This document shows positions 30,917 through 41,331 of a stretch of DNA of 64,000 bases, in pieces; within the stretch, counting starts at the first letter, position 1; every line of letters begins with the position of its first letter. The notes beneath the pieces were generated by a model. It saw only the letters and a program-made list of their open reading frames with translations, did no database searches and was not told where the DNA came from. The stretch comes from Candidatus Binataceae bacterium. GTDB taxonomy: Bacteria > Desulfobacterota > Binatia > Binatales > Binataceae. The stretch is from assembly GCA_963752805.1 (NCBI GenBank), contig CAVWAA010000027.1, positions 947-64,946 on the forward strand, read 5' to 3'. Position numbers and translations under genes: made by a program.

Positions 30917-31192
30917 TTATTCAGCAGTTTTTCTTAGGCTCAGACCGCAATTCTCGCAGCGATTGTTGAACAAACCGTACCAATAGGGAAGTTCCCGTTT
31001 CTGGCAGAAACCGTCACCGCAACGCGGGCAGCGCGTTGCGCCTACTCGTCCCGCAAACCACAAGCCCACCGCAAGCCACAATAACGTGAACGGCACGAAC
31101 ACGGTCTCGTCAGGTGAGAGCAGCAGGATGATCCATCCGCTCGGAATCAGACCCACCATCCAGGCGATAACCAGATGCTGCTTTCGCTTCAT
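30917..31192 (-). CDS. hypothetical small membrane protein with C-terminal CxxC...CxxC zinc-ribbon-like motif
   Basis: ORF 30917-31291; start at internal ATG 31192 (MKRKQHLVIAW...). Two hydrophobic segments, then CPRCGDGFC...CENCG. Confidence 0.4.
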   Translation of the reverse strand: MKRKQHLVIAWMVGLIPSGWIILLLSPDETVFVPFTLLWLAVGLWFAGRVGATRCPRCGDGFCQKRELPYWYGLFNNRCENCGLSLRKTAE

Positions 31193-31581
31193 CTTTAGCA
31201 ATTCCGTTCGCTCGTGCGGATTCGGCGGCAGCCACGAAGCATAAACTCGGCGAGGCATTGGAGAATATCTGCTGTTTGGATTTACCTGCAAACCATCTGA
31301 CGCCCTTCCTTCTCCAAAGCGGTTCCTTGCAGAGGGTTTCAGCGGTCAACCGACCGCTGAGCTGAGGAGGTGCGGCGGTCAGATTAGTCGCCTTTGTTTT
31401 GACATAGTTTTGGCGCATGGGCCAAAACCCCGCAAGGGAGGAACAGGAAGTGATGAGTCAAAGACTAAGCGGCAAGCCAGCAGTTACAAATATCGTCTCT
31501 GCTCGCTCTTCGCTTCGCCCGGAATGGGCTCATTTCTCAGAGTGCGACGGAACCGAACTGGCTAATTGATTACTATGGGGC

Positions 31582-31610
31582 TTGCATGATGCCGTACCGG
31601 ACTATATAAG
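31582..31610 (+). promoter_or_regulatory. candidate sigma70-type promoter of the NusG paralog
   Basis: TTGCAT (31582-31587), 17-nt spacer, TATAAG (31605-31610), 31 nt upstream of ATG 31642. Flanked by the 8-bp direct repeat GCTAATTG at 31561 and 31610. Confidence 0.35.
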
Positions 31611-31641
31611 CTAATTGGCTTGATACTCGCGCACGAAGGGC

Positions 31642-32142
31642 ATGAGAAATGACGTGGAGTGGTATCTAGTCCGCACTAAGTCGGGCAAGGAGCGCTGGGT
31701 GTCCGACCAACTTACGGCGATCCTGCCTGAGGTTTTTCTACCCATGCTTGAGGCGCGGGTCCCGCGTTGGGGCAGGCTGGCATGGTCGGTGATGCCGCTG
31801 TTTCCTTGTTATGTTTTTGCCCGATTCGATCTCCAGGCCCGTTATTTCGATGTCAAGTATATGCTCGGCGTGCAAGGCATCGTTTCTGCCGGCTGCGATC
31901 CGCTGACGGTACCGATGCTGGTAGTCGAGGAAATCAAAGAACGCGGCGTCAATGGAATCGTAAAGGTCCAACCTCGGGAATTTGACAACGGCGAGAGCGT
32001 TCGCGTCGTCAACGGGCCGTTTCGTGGCTTTGACGCGATCTTTGAGCGGTATCTTTCGGGTGCTGAGCGAGTCGCGATTCTGCTCAGCGCAGTCGAGGCA
32101 AACGGACTCCGAGTTGTGCTGCCATCATCGGCGCTCGTATAA
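31642..32142 (+). CDS. NusG-family specialised paralog (NGN + KOW) transcription antiterminator
   Basis: 166 aa; WYLVRTKSGKERW...LFPCYVFARF NGN-domain pattern and C-terminal KOW (GESVRVVNGPFRGFDAIFE). Confidence 0.8.
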   Translation: MRNDVEWYLVRTKSGKERWVSDQLTAILPEVFLPMLEARVPRWGRLAWSVMPLFPCYVFARFDLQARYFDVKYMLGVQGIVSAGCDPLTVPMLVVEEIKERGVNGIVKVQPREFDNGESVRVVNGPFRGFDAIFERYLSGAERVAILLSAVEANGLRVVLPSSALV

Positions 32143-32284
32143 CGACGAGCTCCACCCTGCTATCACGTTGGCCTGCCCGTTCACGCTGAACCGAGATCAG
32201 CGAGCGATAGGCACCCAAATCATTCCACTACTGATCTCGCATTGCCCGCGCGCTCTTCGTCGTAAAAAGGGTTCGGGTGTTGCC

Positions 32285-35200
32285 CTACGCTTGAAATTCG
32301 GCTTCCAGCCGTTCGATGTCGGCTGGCGAAAGGCTGAAATACTTCGCTTGCGGATTGTGGAAAACCAGCGCGCTGACTGAACTCTCCGGGTCCATCATGT
32401 AGCCTTCAGTGAGGCGTACTCCGAGGTCGTTCGACTCAATTTCGAGCAAGCGGAAAAGTTGAGACTGGTCTTCCAGGCGGGGACAGGCCGGGTATCCGAA
32501 CGAATAGCGCTTACCGTGATAATGGGCTTGGAAAAGGTCCTTCATCGTCAGCCCAGGCAAATCCCCGATCCCCCACATCTGGCGAATCCTCTGATGGAGC
32601 AGTTCGGCAAAGGCCTCAGCGCCTTCCAGTGCGAGCACTTGCAGGATATGCGAGCGTAGATATTCGCCACGGTCCTTCCATTCTTCAGCCAAAGCACGCA
32701 CACCCTCGCCGATCGTCGTCACGAACATCGCGAGGTAATCGGCGCGGAGCAATTGCGACGGTACCACGTAATCGGCAAGACAAAGCCCGGGCTCCTCGGA
32801 CTGTCGACCGAAAACGAATCGATCCAACTCATTTTTGCCGTCGGCTGAATAGATGATGACGGTGCGATCGCCGTCGGAGTTCACTCGAAAGAAGCGATAT
32901 GCGGCGCGCGCCCTAATATCGTTGCGCGCCAGCATCTGGTCCTCTACGCCCGCCACTGCATCACGCAGTTCCACGGCCTTCGGCTCGCCAGCCTCCAGCG
33001 CCTGCTGGAAATTGCGGAAACCCAGGTGCCGCGTGTACAGCATTACCGGGTTGATATAGCGGAAGATCTCATCAACGTTGTAATCGGGCAGGATATGCAG
33101 CCGCAGGTCAGGAGGCTCCGGAATCGGGCCTTCATAAAGGATCGGGCGCCCGCGTTGCATCGGCTTGGTTTTGCCATCGGAGGGTTTGGCCGCAGCATCG
33201 AGCAGGCGGCGGCTCTCAGCCTCCAATTCGCTCGCCAGGGCTTCGCGCCGTTGCGCATCCATAAGCTGGTTGGCGAGGTCGAGCCCGGCCATCGCGTCGT
33301 TGGCATAAGCCACGATGCCGTCGTACTGTGGCGCAATCTTCATCCGCGTGAAACGGGCAGACAGCGCAGCGCCGCCAACCAGTATCGGACAGCGGATTTG
33401 CGCCACCTTGAGGTCCTGCGCCGTCGCCACCATCATCTGCGCGGATTTGACCAGCAGGCCAGACAACCCAAGCGCATCCGGCTGGTGTTTATGGTAGGCG
33501 CTGATCAATTCTTCAGGGGGCACCTTGATGCCAAGATTTACGATCCGGTAGCCGTTGTTAGTGAGGATGATATCGACCAGGTTCTTACCGATATCGTGCA
33601 CGTCGCCTTTAACGGTCGCCAAAATGATACAGCCTTTGCCCAGTGTTTCGGATTTCTCCATCCGGGGCTCAAGGTAACCGACTGCTGCCTTCATCGCCTC
33701 GGCCGATTGCAAAACTTCGGCGACGATCATTTGATTGGCATTGAACAGGCGCCCAACTTCGTCCATCCCCTTCATCAGGGGCCCATTAATGATTTCGAGC
33801 GGTGCGCGCACCTTCAGGGCTTCGTCGAGATCTTCGACTAGACCGTCTTTGGAACCTTCGAGGATATGGAGCGCGAGACGTTGATCGAGAGGGAGTGATT
33901 TGCGTTCCTCGCGCGAAGGCTTGCTCTTCTTGCTGCGAAAATAAGCGGCGAATGCCGCAATCGGGTCCTCGCCGCGCCACCAAAGTAAATTCTCAGCCAG
34001 GCGCCGCTCTTCCTCCGGAATCGACACATAGCGCTCGAGTTTCTCCGAATTGACGATCGCGAGGTCGAGCCCCGCCTGCACGCAATGGTAAAGCATCACC
34101 GAGTTGAGCACCTCGCGCCCGGAGTCCGGCAGGCCGAAGGAGACGTTGGAAATTCCCAGCACGGTCTTGCAGCGCGGCAGCGCAGCTTTGATCATGCCTA
34201 TGCCTTCAATCGTCTCTACTGCCGAGCCGATATAGTTCCGGTCCCCGGTGCCGGCAGGAAATACCAACGGGTCAAAGATGATGTCCTCAGGCTCGACCCC
34301 GTATTTTTCGGTCAAGAGCTGGTAGGAACGCTGGGCAATCTGCAGCTTGCGCTGGCGGGTTATCGCCTGTGCCTGCTGTTTGTCTTCGTCGATGCACCCC
34401 ACCACCAGCGCGGCGCCGAAATGCCGCGCGAGGGGCACAACCTGCCGGAAGCGTTCCTCACCGTCTTCGAGGTTGATCGAGTTTATGATCGACTTGCCAG
34501 GCGTGCGCTGAAGCGATTCTTCCAGGACATGGGCGTCGGTCGTGTCAATCATCAGCGGCGCCTTGACCTTTTTCACCAGCGCGGCCATAAACGCCGTCAT
34601 ATCCGTGGTTTCGTTGCGGTCCGGGTCCTGCAGGCAAACGTCGAGTACATGCGCGCCGCGGCGCACTTGCAGACGGCCGACTTCAGCAGCCTCTTCGAAT
34701 TTGTTCTCAGCAATCAGGCGCTTGAACTTGCGGCTCCCTAGCACATTGGTTCGTTCACCGACTATCACCGGCCGCGTACTATCGTCGATAACGAGGGCTT
34801 CGATTCCGGATACCACGGAACGCCGAACCAGCGGAATCTTGCGCGCTGGCGCCCCGGCCGCGAGCTGAGCGAGGATCCGGATATGGGCAGGCGTGGTGCC
34901 ACAGCATCCCCCAATCAGGTTAACCCAGCCGGCTTCGACGAAGCGCCCGATTTTTCTCGCGAGTATCTCGGGCGTCTCGTTATAGTGTCCTTCCTCGTCG
35001 GGCAAACCCGCGTTGGGTACGCAGGCCACCGGGAACCGCGCCAGACTCGACAATGTCCGCAGATGGTCGGTCATAAAATCGGGGCCAGTGGCGCAGTTAA
35101 GGCCGATCCACAACAGCGGTTGATGCTCGATCGATGTATAGAACGCCTCGACATCCTGGCCGGCGAGCAATGTCCCCATCGTCTCGATTGTGCCTGAGAC

Positions 35201-35788
35201 AGCCACACCTGCCGCCGCGCCGGTTCGTTCCAGAGCGCGCGCGATTCCATTGAGACCGGCTTTACAATTAAGCGTATCTTGCACCGTCTCCAGCAAAAGA
35301 AGATCGGCGCCGCCTTCGAGCAGGCCCTCCGCCTGTTCCTGATAGGCTGCAGCCAGTTGAGCGAAAGTGACGCCCCCGGTGACAGAGATACTCTTGGTGG
35401 TCGGCCCCATTGATCCCGCTACAAATCGCAACCGCGAACCGGTTGAGGCGGCGTCGGCCTCCACACGTGCCAACTGCGCGGCGATGCGATTCAATTCGCG
35501 AGCGTTATGTTGTAGACCGTATTCGGCCAGAACAGTCGAGCTTGCGCCGAAGGTGTTGGTTTCGATTATGTCGGCGCCGGCGGCCAGGAAACTGCGATGA
35601 AGTTCGCGAATCTTATCGGGCCGGGTGCGGACCAGGTTTTCGTTGCATCCGTCGAGTTGCGGACCGCCGAAATCGGCCGCGGTAAGATGCATCTCCTGAA
35701 TAGACGTGCCTGCGGCACCATCCAGCACCACGATGCGTTCCGAAAAGGCCTGCCGAAGCGCTTCGAGTCGGTTGCCATTCCTGACCAT
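32285..35788 (-). CDS. metH: cobalamin-dependent methionine synthase
   Basis: Intact 1167-aa ORF with Hcy-binding, pterin-binding, B12-binding (DVHDIGKN, the DxHxxG motif) and AdoMet-activation domains in MetH order. Confidence 0.95.
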   Translation of the reverse strand: MVRNGNRLEALRQAFSERIVVLDGAAGTSIQEMHLTAADFGGPQLDGCNENLVRTRPDKIRELHRSFLAAGADIIETNTFGASSTVLAEYGLQHNARELNRIAAQLARVEADAASTGSRLRFVAGSMGPTTKSISVTGGVTFAQLAAAYQEQAEGLLEGGADLLLLETVQDTLNCKAGLNGIARALERTGAAAGVAVSGTIETMGTLLAGQDVEAFYTSIEHQPLLWIGLNCATGPDFMTDHLRTLSSLARFPVACVPNAGLPDEEGHYNETPEILARKIGRFVEAGWVNLIGGCCGTTPAHIRILAQLAAGAPARKIPLVRRSVVSGIEALVIDDSTRPVIVGERTNVLGSRKFKRLIAENKFEEAAEVGRLQVRRGAHVLDVCLQDPDRNETTDMTAFMAALVKKVKAPLMIDTTDAHVLEESLQRTPGKSIINSINLEDGEERFRQVVPLARHFGAALVVGCIDEDKQQAQAITRQRKLQIAQRSYQLLTEKYGVEPEDIIFDPLVFPAGTGDRNYIGSAVETIEGIGMIKAALPRCKTVLGISNVSFGLPDSGREVLNSVMLYHCVQAGLDLAIVNSEKLERYVSIPEEERRLAENLLWWRGEDPIAAFAAYFRSKKSKPSREERKSLPLDQRLALHILEGSKDGLVEDLDEALKVRAPLEIINGPLMKGMDEVGRLFNANQMIVAEVLQSAEAMKAAVGYLEPRMEKSETLGKGCIILATVKGDVHDIGKNLVDIILTNNGYRIVNLGIKVPPEELISAYHKHQPDALGLSGLLVKSAQMMVATAQDLKVAQIRCPILVGGAALSARFTRMKIAPQYDGIVAYANDAMAGLDLANQLMDAQRREALASELEAESRRLLDAAAKPSDGKTKPMQRGRPILYEGPIPEPPDLRLHILPDYNVDEIFRYINPVMLYTRHLGFRNFQQALEAGEPKAVELRDAVAGVEDQMLARNDIRARAAYRFFRVNSDGDRTVIIYSADGKNELDRFVFGRQSEEPGLCLADYVVPSQLLRADYLAMFVTTIGEGVRALAEEWKDRGEYLRSHILQVLALEGAEAFAELLHQRIRQMWGIGDLPGLTMKDLFQAHYHGKRYSFGYPACPRLEDQSQLFRLLEIESNDLGVRLTEGYMMDPESSVSALVFHNPQAKYFSLSPADIERLEAEFQA

Positions 35789-36032
35789 TTTGATGATTCA
35801 AAGCCCCCGCTTGTACAGGCTAACCCACGATGCCGCGTGTCGCAATTTGATGGTGTGACAGCAAGTGACTCGCTCAACTCCCGGCACTGGGAGCATGCCT
35901 CCAGATGCCGTCTAACGCGTATCCGCTCGTCCGCGCCGAGTTCATCGCACAGATAAGGGATGCGAGGCGTGCGAACAATCACCCCCGTTAAGTGGTAATT
36001 CAAAGGTTGAGAGTGCGATAGGTGCAAAGCAG

Positions 36033-36058
36033 GGGCCGCTAGTCGGCCCTTTTTTATT
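36033..36058 (+). terminator. orphan intrinsic-terminator-like hairpin
   Basis: GGGCCG-CTAGT-CGGCCC followed by TTTTTTATT on the plus strand; no annotated plus-strand gene upstream of it. Confidence 0.45.
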
Positions 36059-36301
36059 GCTAACCGCGGTTTAGGACAATCTGCGGTCGGAACGTAGAGC
36101 TGCCGCGACGTAAACCAATCCAAGCTCGCCTTCGGAGCCTATTCCGTGGCCGAGATCGGAGGCTATCGGGCATACCGCAAATCGCATTGATGCGCTATAA
36201 GAAAGCGTACCAGAACCCCACAGTGGCTAGGCATTGTACCGTGAGAGTGGGGCCGGGTGCATGACCGGGCTCAAAAACGCGCGTTGGATCGATGCGAAAA
36301 A

Positions 36302-37246
36302 ATGGGCTTTTCAGCACAACTTGACAATTTCCGTTTTCCGCCAGAGCTACACACGGGAGTCTCAGGCAAGCGGGTTTTGATAACCGGCTCCGGCAAGGAA
36401 GGGGGGCTCGGCCAGGCCTTTGCATTGGCGGCGGGACTCAACGGGGCATCCGCGGTGGGCGTCCATTTCCATACCAGCTACGTCGACGGCTTCGATCTCG
36501 TCAAAGCTTTACGCGGCGCGGGCGTAAACGCCTTTCCAGTCCAGGCCGATGTTACCAATCTGGGCGATTTGTGGGCAACCCGCAGTTACGTCATTGAGCA
36601 GATGGGTGGGTTGCCGCCTAATCTACTGATCTGCAACTCGGGCCTGACGGAAAGGGGCTATTCGTTTGGCCGCGCGCTTCGCGAGATCCCAGACGAACCA
36701 CTGGCGATGCGGCGGGCACGAGTACGCCAGCACTTCATCGACAATCTGCGAGAATCGCGACTGGTGCTCGATACTAAAATCGACGGTTTCCTCGCCAGCA
36801 CGCATCTGTGGGCTGGCGAAGCGGTCTATCACCACGAACGACTGCAGCTCGTGTACGTCTCGTCGCGTCAGGCAATTGATCCCGGGGTATCCGTCCCAGG
36901 TTACGTCATCAGCAATTGGGGCGTGTTGCAGTTGCCCAAAGTGCTGGCTGTCAACCTTGGGCAAAATGCCGGACTGGTCTCGGCCTCGTGTATCCTGTTG
37001 CCGTTCGTCCGCACAGGTATGACCGACGAGTACGCAAATAATCCGAGAGTGTTCGGCCGCTGGCAGCCGCGGATGCTGGAGACCAATGAGGCTGCCGAGT
37101 CGTTCATGCGCCTACTGTCACGTCCTCAAGGCGAACTCGACCAAGGGATATTCGCGCTAATGGTGGAAGGTACTGCCGATAACGTTAGCATGACTTGGAA
37201 GAAAGTCAGCTTGGACATCCACGAGGAAAAACTTGATTGGAACTAA
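36302..37246 (+). CDS. SDR family oxidoreductase
   Basis: ORF 36257-37246 with ATG 36302; Rossmann motif VLITGSGKEGGLGQAFA; SDR-like length. Confidence 0.72.
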   Translation: MGFSAQLDNFRFPPELHTGVSGKRVLITGSGKEGGLGQAFALAAGLNGASAVGVHFHTSYVDGFDLVKALRGAGVNAFPVQADVTNLGDLWATRSYVIEQMGGLPPNLLICNSGLTERGYSFGRALREIPDEPLAMRRARVRQHFIDNLRESRLVLDTKIDGFLASTHLWAGEAVYHHERLQLVYVSSRQAIDPGVSVPGYVISNWGVLQLPKVLAVNLGQNAGLVSASCILLPFVRTGMTDEYANNPRVFGRWQPRMLETNEAAESFMRLLSRPQGELDQGIFALMVEGTADNVSMTWKKVSLDIHEEKLDWN

Positions 37247-37471
37247 ATCCGCGCTCGGCCACGGGCGCTCTTAACTACCCGTCCCGGTCAAATTCACCAC
37301 ATGAGGACTGTTGACGTTGAAATCTTTAATCGTGAGTGAGCCGTTTCGGTAAGCTCAATTGCCGTTGACCATAATAGCTTGACAATCAACGGGGCGACTT
37401 TCGGCTAGTTGTGCTAAGCGATGCGATCAATGAGCAAGCGTGCCAGCGAGGGAACTAACAAGGAGCAAGCG

Positions 37472-38656
37472 ATGTACTCATTGAAGGATAAGGCGTGCAT
37501 CGTCGGGGTGGGTGAGTCGGCGTTCAGCCGCGGCTCAGGCAAAACCGAACTGAGGCTGATGCTGGAAGCTTCGCTCGCCGCGATCAACGACGCGGGACTG
37601 AAGCCGCACGATATCGACGGCATCATCGGCCCGCCGCTGGGCGCCACCGCCGAACATTTTGCCGCCAATCTTGGGATCGAAGATTTGCGCTATGCGACCA
37701 CCGTGCACATGGGCGGTGCCAGCCCGGTGGTCGCGCTGCAAAGCGCCGCGCTTGCAGTTGCCTGTGGGATAGCCAACCACGTCCTGATTCCATGCGGATG
37801 GAACGGTTACTCGTCCAACCCGGTGCGCGGAGGCGGAGCGCGTGCGGAAACCGGCGAGCGGCCAATCCCGGCACCGAACCCGTTGGCCAATACGATTGGT
37901 GCCTATTATCTGCCTTACGGGGCGACCGTGCCGGCCCAGTTTTACGCGTGGCTGGCGACTCGCCACATGCAGATGTATGGCACACCGTTTGAGTCGATGG
38001 GTGCGATTGCGCTCGCCGAACGCAAGCACGCGCAGCTCAATGAGAAAGCGATGATGCGTGGACGGCCGCTTACAATGGACGACTATTTGGCAGCACGCTG
38101 GGTGTCCTATCCCTTTCGGCTGTATGATTGTTGTCTTGAGACCGACGCAGCCTGCGCGATTGTGATGAGCGCGGCGGAACGCGCGCGCGATTTGGCCAGG
38201 CCACCAGTCTACATCTCGGGCGTTGCGGAAGGACATCCCTATCCCGCTGATGACATCCCGGCGCGTCCTGACCCCTTTGTGATCGGACTTAGCTTCGCCG
38301 CGCCCAAAGCATTCGCGATGGCTGGGGTTACGCACAAAGACATCGATTTTATGGAAGTATATGACTGCTTCACTTACGTGGTAATGTTGCAAATTGAGGC
38401 GATGGGATTTTGCAAGCGCGGCGAGGTGAAGGATTTTGTGCGTGGCGGACGGCTCGAACTCGGCGGTGAACTGCCGCTCAATACCCACGGCGGCCTCCTT
38501 TCCGAAGCCCACGTCTGGGGCACCAATCATATCGTTGAAGCAGCCCGTCAGCTGCGCCACGAATGTGGAGCCCGCCAGGTTCAGGATGCTGAAGTTGGGC
38601 TGGTGACTGGCTGGGGCGATTTTGGTGACGGCGGGCTGGCAATCCTGAGGAGGTAA
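37472..38656 (+). CDS. thiolase-fold protein (SCP-x / lipid-transfer type acetyl-CoA acetyltransferase-like)
   Basis: AGGAG 6 nt upstream of ATG 37472; [10 protein letters not shown]-terminus and C-terminal [11 protein letters not shown] motif of SCP2-type thiolases. Confidence 0.85.
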   Translation: MYSLKDKACIVGVGESAFSRGSGKTELRLMLEASLAAINDAGLKPHDIDGIIGPPLGATAEHFAANLGIEDLRYATTVHMGGASPVVALQSAALAVACGIANHVLIPCGWNGYSSNPVRGGGARAETGERPIPAPNPLANTIGAYYLPYGATVPAQFYAWLATRHMQMYGTPFESMGAIALAERKHAQLNEKAMMRGRPLTMDDYLAARWVSYPFRLYDCCLETDAACAIVMSAAERARDLARPPVYISGVAEGHPYPADDIPARPDPFVIGLSFAAPKAFAMAGVTHKDIDFMEVYDCFTYVVMLQIEAMGFCKRGEVKDFVRGGRLELGGELPLNTHGGLLSEAHVWGTNHIVEAARQLRHECGARQVQDAEVGLVTGWGDFGDGGLAILRR

Positions 38657-38660
38657 GGCC

Positions 38661-39080
38661 GTGGCTGAAAGCAAATCGTACAAGCTGCCATTACCGCGCA
38701 CGGGTGGCATGGCGGCCGAGTTCTATCGTTTCTGCAAGCAGCACGAATTGCGTTTTCAGCGATGCACCGAATGCCAGGCTTGGCGTCATATCCCGCGCGA
38801 CATGTGCGCCAGATGCGGCTCATTAAAATGGGAATGGACGCGCTCAGCGGGTAAGGGCAAGGTCTTTTCATGGACCACTGCGACCCAACCGATGATGCCG
38901 CAATTCGCCGATCAAGTGCCGTATAGCCCCGTGATCGTTGAGCTCGATGAGGGGGTCCGCATGGTCACCTGGCTGACGGGCGTGAAGCCGGATGAGTTGA
39001 AGTTGGGCATGCCGGTCGAGGTCGCCTTCGATGACGTGACCCCGGAAGTCTCGTTGCCGAAATTCCGGTGCGCTGCTTAG
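38661..39080 (+). CDS. Zn-ribbon OB-fold protein (DUF35 family)
   Basis: 139 aa; CTECQAWRHIPRDMCARCGS rubredoxin-like ribbon then OB fold; canonical partner gene immediately after an SCP2-type thiolase. Confidence 0.85.
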   Translation: MAESKSYKLPLPRTGGMAAEFYRFCKQHELRFQRCTECQAWRHIPRDMCARCGSLKWEWTRSAGKGKVFSWTTATQPMMPQFADQVPYSPVIVELDEGVRMVTWLTGVKPDELKLGMPVEVAFDDVTPEVSLPKFRCAA

Positions 39081-39110
39081 GCCAGCGCCGCTCGATCAGG
39101 GACCAAGCAA

Positions 39111-39803
39111 ATGCCGATTAGGATGTATGATTTGGCTGGATCGGAGCTGAACCGTCGCTTCAGTCCCTACTGCTGGCGAACCAAGCTCGCGCTCAAGCAT
39201 AAGGGACTGGATTTCGATACAATTCCATGGCGATTCACTGACAAGTCCGCAATTGCACCTTACAATTCGCAACGCGTTCCAGTGATCGTCGACGACGGCC
39301 GCAGTGTGGCCGATTCCTGGGCGATCGCGAACTATCTCGAAAATACCTATCGCGATCGGCCGCCGCTGTTCGGCAGCAAACAGGAACGGGCGCTCGCGCG
39401 GTTCTACAATCAATGGACCGATGTGACGCTGCACGGTGCGATAGGACCGATCGTCATGAGCGATATTTTGCAGCATCTGGACCCGCGCGATCGAGATTAT
39501 TTCCGCACCAGCCGGGAAGCTCGCTTAGGAACTCCGCTCGAAACGCTCGCGACCCGCCGTGAGAGTTATCTTTCGACTCTTCAGCAGGTGCTGGAGCCGC
39601 TGCGGCAGACGCTGGCCGCGCAGCCCTACCTCGCGGGAGATACTCCTTTGTATCCCGATTTTATCGTTTTTGGGGCGTTTCAATGGGCGCGTTCAATCAG
39701 TAATGTTCGGCTCGTACAGCCGTCCGATCCGATCGACTCGTGGCGCCAGCGGTTGCTCGACGCGTTCGGCGGCTTCGCGCGTAGCACGCCCGGCTACTGG
39801 TAA
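39111..39803 (+). CDS. glutathione S-transferase family protein
   Basis: 230 aa; N-terminal thioredoxin-like SPYCWRTKLALKHKGL...VPVIVDDG and C-terminal helical domain. Confidence 0.82.
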   Translation: MPIRMYDLAGSELNRRFSPYCWRTKLALKHKGLDFDTIPWRFTDKSAIAPYNSQRVPVIVDDGRSVADSWAIANYLENTYRDRPPLFGSKQERALARFYNQWTDVTLHGAIGPIVMSDILQHLDPRDRDYFRTSREARLGTPLETLATRRESYLSTLQQVLEPLRQTLAAQPYLAGDTPLYPDFIVFGAFQWARSISNVRLVQPSDPIDSWRQRLLDAFGGFARSTPGYW

Positions 39804-40205
39804 GGACGGGACCCGCGAAACGTCCGCAGCTCATTTGCTGTGAAGCGCTCTTTTTAAAGGCGTTGCTCTCAACACCCGTCACTTGAGCGAGCGGGAAAAA
39901 TTGGAGAGCAATTGGATAAGGGTCGAGACGTTTCAACTGAGAAGTTCCGGCAGGCACTCCAGCGCTATCGGTCCTTTTTCGATCTCTGATCTATTTAGAT
40001 CGTCTGTTCTCCGTCTAGTCTGCTGATTGTAGCGATGGCTGTACGCTCCGCAGGCATGTCGATAGAACAAGGGACGCACTGTTCGGGCGCCCCTCTATTC
40101 CTGCTTAATAGGCTATTGACCGAAAACCAGAAAAGCTGAAGCGCGTGCACATGGGCCTTGCCCCCAATCCATGTCAAACAAATTCGAGGAAGGGGCTTAG
40201 CCCTC

Positions 40206-40418
40206 TTATTCGTAACGGAAGCCTATCTTGACGGCAACCTGGAATGTCGGTTTGCCGTCGGGGCTCACCGCGCCGCGAATCTGGCCGACTTCGAACCAAT
40301 CAATATTGCGAATCGTCTGTGCCGCCTTCTTCAATGCGTTACGCACCGCCTGATGAATGCTGTCATCTGATACGCCCACAACTTCGATAACCGGGTAGGT
40401 ATTGTCCGCCATCTTCAT
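40206..40418 (-). CDS. dodecin family flavin-binding protein
   Basis: 70 aa; YPVIEVVGVSDDSIHQAVRNALKKAAQTIRNIDWFEV...KIGFRYE matches the dodecin pattern (start at 40418 or 40412). Confidence 0.82.
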   Translation of the reverse strand: MKMADNTYPVIEVVGVSDDSIHQAVRNALKKAAQTIRNIDWFEVGQIRGAVSPDGKPTFQVAVKIGFRYE

Positions 40419-40485
40419 CTCCGCAATGACATGTTGTCAGACGACGAGCGTACTGCGTTCTCGAGGTGTCTTGCCAAATGCCCTA

Positions 40486-41007
40486 TCAATGGAAAGGCCG
40501 AAGGTAGTTCTTAAGCTTGTGGAGGTTGGTGCGGCCGGTCAACGGCGCTCTCGAACGCATGGATTCACGCAGCACGGCCATCTCAATGCCCATCGGTTCG
40601 GTCCCGAACGCCAAATCCCATAACGCAGAGGTTACACCGAAGCAGCGGTTCGGATAATGCTCGTGGTGAATCAGATGGCGCGAGCGTAGATAGTTTTCAG
40701 CAGATCCACGCGGGCGGCAGAAATGGATGCGGTAATGAATTGCCTCATATCCGGCAAAGCCCGCCACCGCACCGCTGAACAGTATTATCCACGGTGTCCA
40801 GCGAAACAGAACAGCCATGATCGTCCAGATTGCAGCAATCGGAATCCACGCCCGAATCGTGAAGACGGCATGAGCGTCGCGATGGTGCGCAGCATGGAGC
40901 CGCATCGCGAACGTGCGAAAGGTATGGCTGAGCCAGCCGTGAATAAGGTATTCCAGGAATGTCCATACGAACATACCAGCCGCGAACAAGGCGACCTCCT
41001 CAACCAT
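40486..41007 (-). CDS. fatty acid hydroxylase / sterol desaturase family membrane protein
   Basis: 173 aa with histidine boxes HAAHHRDAH, HYRIH and HLIHHEH between TM segments. Confidence 0.75.
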   Translation of the reverse strand: MVEEVALFAAGMFVWTFLEYLIHGWLSHTFRTFAMRLHAAHHRDAHAVFTIRAWIPIAAIWTIMAVLFRWTPWIILFSGAVAGFAGYEAIHYRIHFCRPRGSAENYLRSRHLIHHEHYPNRCFGVTSALWDLAFGTEPMGIEMAVLRESMRSRAPLTGRTNLHKLKNYLRPFH

Positions 41008-41331
41008 AATGTCATTTTATCTGAATCGCAGCGTGGAAGCCCGAATCGCTCGCTGTTCACGAACTGCCAGGAGCTTTCTGGCTGGCCGTGTAGCCCGCGG
41101 GAAGGTAAAGGCGGGCAGAATCTTCCGGCTCGCCCAAACGTTATTCATGAGAGGCCGCTTTTGTTGTAATCTCATTGGCAAGGATGCGTTACGTTTAGGG
41201 TGCGACTCGCCGGACATATGCTACGTAATGCGGACATTACGCTCGTATGAATTTCAATTCGTCAGGCGTCGTCTGAAAGAAGGAAATATCGCCGCGCTGG
41301 TTAATCCGCCGGTAATCTTCAGGAGGAATTC

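Noticed and set aside
35566-36123. 185-aa ORF upstream of and overlapping metH, considered as a CDS
   Set aside because: It overlaps metH by about 220 nt in another frame, and only a 33-aa stretch looks protein-like. Kept as a relic observation, not annotated as a gene.
37535-38710. 391-aa minus-strand ORF
   Set aside because: Antisense shadow of the thiolase gene in high-GC DNA; Arg/Gly/Ala-rich nonsense composition.
40186-40205. Terminator hairpin after the dodecin gene
   Set aside because: Only a 4-5-bp stem (GGGC-TTA-GCCC), too weak to call.
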